In this document: in pieces, positions 27,201-36,200 of the stretch
Layout of the letters: each line of letters begins with the position of its first letter
Position numbering within the stretch: position 1 is the first letter of the stretch
NCBI GenBank assembly: GCA_051294905.1
Contig: CM119371.1
Coordinates: forward strand, 26,352,001 to 26,416,000
Reading direction: 5' to 3'
Length of the DNA: 64,000 bases
DNA from: Botryllus schlosseri
Lineage: Eukaryota
The notes under the pieces: model-generated
Told to the model about the DNA's origin: nothing
Seen by the model: only the letters and a program-made list of their open reading frames with translations
Databases searched by the model: none
Position numbers and translations under genes: made by a program

Positions 27201-30200
27201 TTATTAATACGAATAGCCTACTTCTACACATACAAAGACCGAATCCATCTAACAAACTCGCCAATCGGTTTTTCCAAGTACAGCACTAAAAGCAATAAAC
27301 TTGCTCGTAATGCCAATTTCAAATCACAGTCGTGGTCCAAATTAAGTCATTTACATTTCACTTTTTGCGATGTTCAGCAATTGAAACCTTCACGAATGCA
27401 TGAGCCGCAAGGTCTGGCTATCGCGCCATCGCCAAAATATGAAACTCATCAGTATCATCTTGAAATATATTAAAAAAAGTTTGTTCAAGTAGCCACATTA
27501 ATTTGATTTTTAGTGCACAGTTGATGAATATTTTACAGCGCTTTTTGAGGCTTTCGTGGGCCGCACAAACGGTGTTGCGGGCTGCATACGGCCCGCGTGC
27601 CGTAGTCCACCGACCTCTGGTGTAGGGTTGTGGTTTTTAACCTTGTCTCCAGCGACCCCAAGGGGCGAATTCAATTTTGAAGTGGACGGAAACGGTCAGG
27701 GGCGAAATTGGGGCGCTGGGCTGAGGAGAGTTATGGAGGACGCTCAATAAAAATAGCCTCGCAGTACATGGTGTAGGCTAGTAAGGACTTATGATTACAC
27801 AGTGGAACAATAGTTTTATATATCCCTGAGTTCTCATTGCAAATTAACATTCGGCAAAATCTATCAAATCATGTTCTCGTTGCGCTCATCGCGAAATATC
27901 CACCGACCATGTTATGAATGCAGTGGTTTATTTTAGGTCATGTAAAAGAAATTGGGCGTTCTCTTGGATTGTCAATTCCCTTTATAATAGTTCCGTCACG
28001 TTAGCTGCACCAAGTCGTTTCGACACCTTCCAATATTTTCATTGTAGGGCAGTTTTGTGGTGTTTTGAAATGATGAAAATATTTTTAAACTGATACTTAT
28101 ACCAATAGCTCAGTTTATTTCCTGCAGCGCACTGCGTGTCGACATCGAAGAGGCACTGTACAATACAACTTTTAGGAGTGTTGCCCGTTGTACATTAGGG
28201 ATGTTTTGAAGCTTTTTGGCCAAACTGATTAACCCAGTGGTTCCCAACCTTTTTCGTCTCGTTGCCCCCTTGGCCGATATTTGAGCTAAAATTCCCCCCT
28301 ACGAAAAATTTTTCTGTGACTAGAAAAGGTGCTTTTTAACGCACAAACATTTGTTGACTGAGCAATTACTGGCTAAAAATATTCAGATATGTCCGAACTT
28401 TGTCCAATGCGGACTGCACCACTTTTTGGTAAAGTAAAGCTAAATTCGACCTGTTTTTCAGCGGTCGGGTAGTCGATGACGAAAAATAAATCATTAAGTC
28501 CGCTTGTTATGGCCTGAGTCGAACCGATGAATTTGATATGTTTTGATATGTTCTATGACTGATATGTTTTTTGCGCTTGCATTTCACCAGCGGCCTTGTG
28601 CTGAATTTGGCTGGACTTTTTCCTCCTTAGTAGCAATTTAGTCAAGAGGCTGTCGTGGGCCCAACGAAATCGTCCGCGAGCCTCACTTTATCAGGGGGTA
28701 TAATATCTACGGAAGGCATTTATACATACACCCAGCTTCAAATCCGCCAAGCAAACATACAATTGTGAAAAACTGGTTTGTACTTAACAGTTACACCATA
28801 AAAATCTAGAAACCTTGTGAACCCAGTTTGTTTTTATTTTGAGATGTTCATGGTGTGTGTTGACTACTATGGTAATTTACACCAGGGCAATTTCCCTAAT
28901 TTTTTTTATTCCGTAGCTGCCGACTTATAACACGGCCCACTTCTAGGATTTTTTAGGACGCCGCGTACACGGACGAGATGGCAAGGAGGAGCCAAGATAA
29001 ACCCCAAAGACTTGGATGGGAATTCTGGTGTTGCAGCAGTGGATTATTCCACTGCGCTATCTCACCACACATTGTTAACCCAGTGCATCGTCCGATACAA
29101 CGCCAAAGCCAGATCCCACCCTTAAAACTTCCCAATTCCCCCCAAGGGGGAAATTCATCCCCCCCGGTTGGGAACCACTGGATTAACTAAATATACTTGT
29201 ATTTGAGAGCTACAAAATTAAATCGTAACAATATTTCTTCATCGTATCATAAAGGAATTATAGCGGGTAATGTTGTTACCCCAATTCATTATAAAGTTAA
29301 GAGAATGGTGCAGTAGGCTACTAAATTTAATGTGAGCAAATCTCTACAGCCTTCTCAGTAGATTTAGCAGTCACACAAAGCAATAGAACAAAACCAAATA
29401 CAATTAACTTCCCCGTATTGCCAATAGCAGAGAAGAATTCGGGATGTGTAGGCTATATCAATCTCGAACCCGTGGGCCTCACCCGATGGTTGTTATAACA
29501 GCAACCTGGATTTGATGAACGAAAATAACACAAACAATTAGACCGGTAATTAGTCGAGTGTTTTAATAGTGAAGTCCCAACTCGGCACCGGACTTCGGAG
29601 ACTTACCCATTGTGTTTTTTCGTTACAGTCCTTAAAATAGGGGGGGCGTCAGACCCAGGCAATTTTTGAAAGGGGGCGCTTGAGAAAAAAAGGTCAAGAA
29701 CCACGGGTGCAGTGGATGTCGGGTGCCCAGCAGTGTATCAGTGTAAAGTAACGAGGTAGTCTGCTTCTAATTCCTGTTGTCGTGCATATATACATAACAC
29801 ATTTGACCAAGTTGAAGAGTGGTATGCGACCAACGAGAATTGGACCAACCTGGCACCACCAAATCTTCATGTCCGGAAAGTGCTTTTACAATAGTACGTT
29901 TCTGCATTTCGAATCCACGCAGCACGGACGTGTGGGGCTAACGCACTCTCATACCACAAGCGCTTACTAATATACGGGAAGAATAGGTTCGGTTGCCGAA
30001 GGTGCAGTGCTGCAGAGGAACTGTATAATGTGAAACGAGCTAAGCTTGCTGTACATACATCTGTTAAGATCCTGTTTATGACAATAAGCTTACGCGAATT
30101 CATTAATTCTAATAATAACTAAAAAAAACTGTTCAGCTATATTTTTCATTCAAAACTAATTTTGTGAAGCTGCATTCTTTCATGTGCCCAACTGTGAATG

Positions 30201-33200
30201 ATACAGAACTATTCGGCGCCGGTCATTTCGGACCAACAATTCATGCCGATGGTATGTTAAGCCCACAACATTTTTCTAGCTTCGCATGTTGTTCGTAAGC
30301 GAAAGGTGATACTTCTCGGCTTGTCCTAGCTGCGAAACTGCCGGAGCTGAAGTAACGACAACGAATAATCAAGCAACAGGGGATGGATGTCGTTGAATAT
30401 TCATTTGAGTCTTGTTCATTGGTAGATTTGAAAATTAAACACGCGACGTTTTTCACCATGTAACACTTTTTGGAACTACAGGAGATAGGCTGCTCAAAAT
30501 TAGTTCGGTGCTGCGTTTGAAAACCAACTTAACGAATCAACTTGAAATAGTTGGCCTTTTGCACTTCATCGAATTATAGAGATGGTAATCGACGAGTCAT
30601 CATTGAAGCCAACTGAAACTGCCATGTCATGCATATGGGCCAATTGTCGTTGCTTCTATCCGATGTTCCACGGAACACTACGTCAATACACACGCTCAAC
30701 TGATGCATATGCTATGTGATGATATGACTGTCTAAACCATAATAGGTTACCAATCTATAGTAACAAATTATATGTGTAGTTAAATGTGTAGTGTGATACA
30801 CTTTCGTTATTATAACTCTTTGAAAATTGTGCATTCCGCAAAGACTCACAGATTGGCGTAAGTGTTCCGCGGGTTAATAAAGGTAACCGCTGACGCATTG
30901 TCTTCCAGACCATCACCTTACAGTAGATCCTATGCGCTTAGCAGAAATCATACGCTCTGAACACAAACCTCATCAAGAGTGAAGTGCGGGTATATGACAT
31001 TGCATACACCAGCGCATTCGTCAGATATCAGCGTATTGTTTGATCCGGCGTATCGGCAAATCACATGGTCCCCGTCATCGTCAACAGACGTGATTTTGAT
31101 GGTAGATGGACATCCTTGCAGGAGTCTGAAATTTATTCTTGATTCTAGACTGTCGATGATGTATTATATTACAAAATTGATACCTGACTACTGGTGGGCT
31201 GAAAGTGCGCGGTGGAGTATTTGGGTGTCCCGTATCAGATCTTACTGCCAAATCGACGAGAGTCGGTACCGCCCAACTACCTCCACCACTGTACAAACCG
31301 CCAATCCACGCACCTCCTGCGTAGCTAAATGAACCACGGGCATAGTTAGCGTAGGATTCAGTTACACATTAAAATTCTGCAAATGTGAGCAAGGCTTATA
31401 CCTAATAACAAACGCTTCTGGCGTTTGTACTTCAATTGCAAAACTGTTGTATCCATAAGCCCAGTTTTCGATGGTATCATACGTGGTACATTTTATTGTT
31501 GTAGGCAAAACGTTGCTTCCACTTGAATTGGTAACGGCAGAGTAGCTTGTGGAGATAATCCAATTTCCATTGGGGTATGATTCGATCTGGGAGGATATCG
31601 AGGAATCGTCGCACTGATCGGTGACCCAATCGCGACGCCAGCCGAGTCGATAATTAACTTCGATCTGCAAATGAAGACACAGTCGTTTCAATAGGCTACA
31701 TGATGCTTCTGAGAGGTAAGGTAAGGGTTGCCATATGTCCGGAATTTCCCGGACATGTCCGGAATTTCGCCGTTCAAACTGCGTCCGAGAGGAAATTCTA
31801 AAATATCCCCAAATGTCCGGAATTTGGAAGGCTTGAAATAGGATCAATTTTTGTCGTAAATCTACAAAAACGATATTATTTTCGGGCATATTTATGCCAC
31901 TTGAAATTTTTCTGCGTGCTGCGCGCGATTTAGTGTCACATTCATTGCGTCTAGTGCCACCACCAATGTTCTCTCTATTTTTTCACGTGTCTGCGCGCAC
32001 TCACCGACTCACTGCGCGGTCCCTTGTACGGCAGTGCGTAACGACTATAAAAAAGTCATCACTTCAGATTTTTTGTGCGCAGCTTAGCTTTACTGTGCGC
32101 GGAAACCATGTCAGTACTGCGCAATTGCGCACGTGCGCAGCTTAGAAGAAACATTGGCCACCACCTTCGCCAAACATGCAATCAAAAATAAATAAATTAA
32201 CCATCATTTACAGAAATAAGTCTATTTGTAATCGCAATTACAGGAAAACGGTATATTCCTGGAGTCGATTCGTTAGGCTGTTTAGATGCCTTAGTCAATG
32301 ACAGTGGCTCCAAACCTGGGGGTCGATTTCCTTTTTTCTGGGGTTCGCGTTCCAAAATAGGCACTGAGTGTGTTTGGGCAAAGGTGCTGACCGTTTTTCA
32401 GTAATCAGCTTATCAAATTTTGAGCTGGGCCACAGACAATTTTCAAATTCGAAATGAAGTCGCGACCATAAAAGGTTGAAAACCACGGGGTTTGCAACCT
32501 GTTGGAGCGGAGCGGCATTTAGGCTCATAAATATATTTTTCCGTGGGACATGACATGACTTTACTATGTGTAATTACGCTCCTTACGTTTTCGAAGTCAT
32601 CATCAGCTCATCATTCACAAAATTTAAATACCCGATGCATATGAAAATCAGATGTATATAGTAAGCCCCCAGAACTTACAGAAGTTTCGGTCCTGGTTAC
32701 AGCACACAATAATTTAAATGCACTGAACTAACATTGTAGCGGCTCATGATCCTGATCGTGACCACCTCTGGTCGATAGACACCGCTTTGATAGAGTGACA
32801 TCATATTGAGAGACAATGTGTCATACCTCATTCGAAAACCCGCTAGTCGGCGCTAAAGAGTGTCCGGAATTTGCTCCACAAACATATGGTAACCCTTATC
32901 AAGGTTAACGCCTTAAAGAGGCACTCCACTCTAAAAATGATGTGGTCTCAAATTGAAGCACAAATCATTGAAGAAAGTTTGGCCGCAACCATTTTCTTCA
33001 AAAAGCCACCGTATTAGAGTCGCAAATAAATGAATTTTGTATAAGACCAGCTGACGCAGCTGCGCGTCATCGATTTTTGAAACCGTAGCGAAATTCATGG
33101 CGCGTCATCTTCACCGCCGCAACTTCTCGTCACGACTCCTATATTTTAGGTAAATTGCTTTATGTACTAGGGCCTATGTGGTAACACATGCTGTGACACT

Positions 33201-36200
33201 CACTTTGCATCCACATGAAACAACAACACGGACTGTCAACACCACTTGCAGCATATAGATATTGCATAATCACCATGCTGTCGTTGCTCGGCTGTATACT
33301 ACCGTACCGGCACGGTGCTGTGCAAATTCCGTTTGATGTAGGGGGAATTAGTGTGGATATATCATTTGTATATTAACGAATGCATATTTCACACTATGTA
33401 ACGAAGATGGTGGTGGTTATGCCTCATTATTATTGATGTAAATGATAGTAGTACTGAAGTGCTTACGGTACAGAACTTCGACAATATCCATAGCCCAAGA
33501 ACGTATTCGGTGGCAGTGACTTCATTCGGTTAATTCCCTGTGGACGATGGTCAAAAAATATGATGCCCCCCTGACACCCCCCTGCACTTATCGTCTTGTC
33601 AAAAAGAGCACGTCATCTAATACAGAGGCAGGCAACTATTTTGCTAATCACGGCCGCATTTCGATTACTTATGTAGCCTAAGGCCGCATTCCAGGGGATA
33701 GTCGTAATGTACTAACTGGACGCAAAATACCCATGTTAATCTGTCCATATCCATTCCCGGTGAACTCCGGACTATTCTACTTTTCACAACGGCTTATTGT
33801 ACGCACCGAAATCGCGAGTGGCAATATTATGAATAGTTGCTGGGATTGCATATTGTCGCAGCACGTCGAAGCACGAAAAATTTTCAGATTTACTAATGAA
33901 TTCCGTAATTATTAGTACCTAGCAGTATCACATATTACAATCAAATATTTATATTTTCTACGCCCATGTGATCAGATTCACCGGAAGAGTTCATGGAGGG
34001 GGTGCTTTCGAAAATTTAGGGCAAGTTATAAATGATAATGCATCTTCAGGTGGGCAAATTGTTATTAGTCACTTTGTTGCATGCTGTTATTTCTTGACCA
34101 ACATCAGGATTGCCGATTAGAGGGTAGTGGAAATAGTGAAAATGTATTGAAATCGCCCAAATGTACCATAAACAAATTTCTTTCGCGAAAAGCACACGAT
34201 TCCGATTCTGGCTCTGATTGAGAAGGGCACTACTATAATAAAATCGAATAATGAAGTAATGTTGAATTGCGCGGAGCGCGAAGACAATTTCAAGATTAAT
34301 TAAAATGTCTCAAGAATTCAGGAGTGAATTCGTAAATTCAATTTGGATGTCGTCGGCCGCTAGCACATACTAATTGAATTAGGTGTCGACAGCCGCACAA
34401 ATTCCCTTATACGACCAAAAAAAATGTTGACTTAGTAAATAATCTTGACATTTTTTTTACCTAACGCTACAATTTTACCAAAATTTTGACTTGGCTTGGC
34501 ATGTCAAAAATCGCCCTACTCATTAGATATGCAGGATTGTGTGTTAAGCTGTTTGGGGGAATCTTATAGTGCAGCGTTTTGCAACTTTTCTCCATTTTTC
34601 CATGAAACTTTTTGTATCTTTTTCGATATTTCATGTAACTTATCGCAGGTTTCTTTCGATTTTTCATGCAACTAACATTTTACTGAAAATATTTGGCACT
34701 ATATATTGATCGCCTAATTATTTCACTGTCGTTTAAATTTTACCTTCTTTCTGATTCGACGTGCATTCATGCTAGACCGTCGAAATTTATTTTTCCTACT
34801 GGGTCAATTTTATGAGGCTATTGATATTGCCGAGGTCACCAAGACTGAATTTTGCTACAGTGCCTAAAATACGGAATGGTTTGAGTATCTAATACCCTAT
34901 TTCAGTAAATTTCAGTAAACTTGGCCATAAATGCAACTTTTTACAGCAACTTTTCTGAAAAATAAATGCAACTTTCCACGGATTTGTCTGCAACAAAAAC
35001 GTGCCTTAGTAACGCCACATCAAATGCGAAGACACCTAATTTGCATACGTGAGGTCAAAATTTGTTCAAAATTGAGTTTCTTCAGGTCACAAAATGTCAA
35101 AATTTTGATAGTTTTATAGATTAAAATAATTGCCCTACTTATGAATATTTAGGAAGCTGCCGGAAGCTGTAAAAAAATTGTAAAAGTTGCAAAAACTGCC
35201 CCTGGTAACTATACAGTGTGCTACACCTATTTTGGGGTCACCATATTTTTGAGGCTCAAATCCTGGACCCTCTTTTAAAATTAGGTATGAGCGCATTATC
35301 TATCAATATGACGTCACACGAGCAAAGCTTTGCCCTTCGTCCAGAGGTGGTAACGATCCGGCATGCGGACTGGTTGTGTGTTCTAACAAGGACCGAAACC
35401 ACATTTTCATCCACCTCCCTCCCTAATAAACACTAATCTAGGGCCTGGGCCACCATAGGGTAATTGGTGCAACTTCTGGAGAGCTAACTGTATGCATCTG
35501 GTGGGTAATTTGCTTTTAATGAATTCTGGTAATAACATTGGATCATCCATATACTACTATATAGTTTCTTATATAATTATAATTTCCTTTCTCCGTCCCC
35601 ACATGATCAGAGTCAGCGGTTGGAAATGATGACTTTGAACATGCAGGGAGCGTAATTGTACATTGTTAAGTCATGTTCATGTCACGCCGATTGGATCAGC
35701 CTATTACCGGTGCGCACCACGTAGCTATATAAACACCTCATATCCGGTGGTTTCCAACCTTCCATGGTCGTAAATTCATTTCCAATTTGAAAATTTTCCG
35801 TGGACCAGCTCAAAATTTTATAAGCTGTTATTGCTAAAAATAAGGTCAGCACCTTTGCCCAGACTTACTCACGGCCTATTGTTGTTATTGTTCCGAATAT
35901 GTCCGGAAAATTCCGGACGAATGCCAACCCTAACCTACTTACGTTGCAAATGACATTAAGAGTCCGTGCTGTTGTATCATCTGGATTATGGCAGCAAAGT
36001 GAGTGACATATCACATGTGTTTTTGTATTACATAAATAAATGAAGCTACAGTATGGAGGTGCGTCGAGCAAGTGCGACGGTGAAGATATCGCGCCAGAAA
36101 TGTCGCAATGGGTTACGAAACGATGACGCTTAGCCGCGGCAGCTGGACCGGAAATGGTCTATATAAATTTCATTTAATTGCAGCTCCATTAAGGTTGCTA

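Noticed and set aside
31362..31889. Supplied 175-aa ORF as a single CDS
   Set aside because: The N-terminal part reads through a Blackjack-like TIR; only 31664-31402 is exonic
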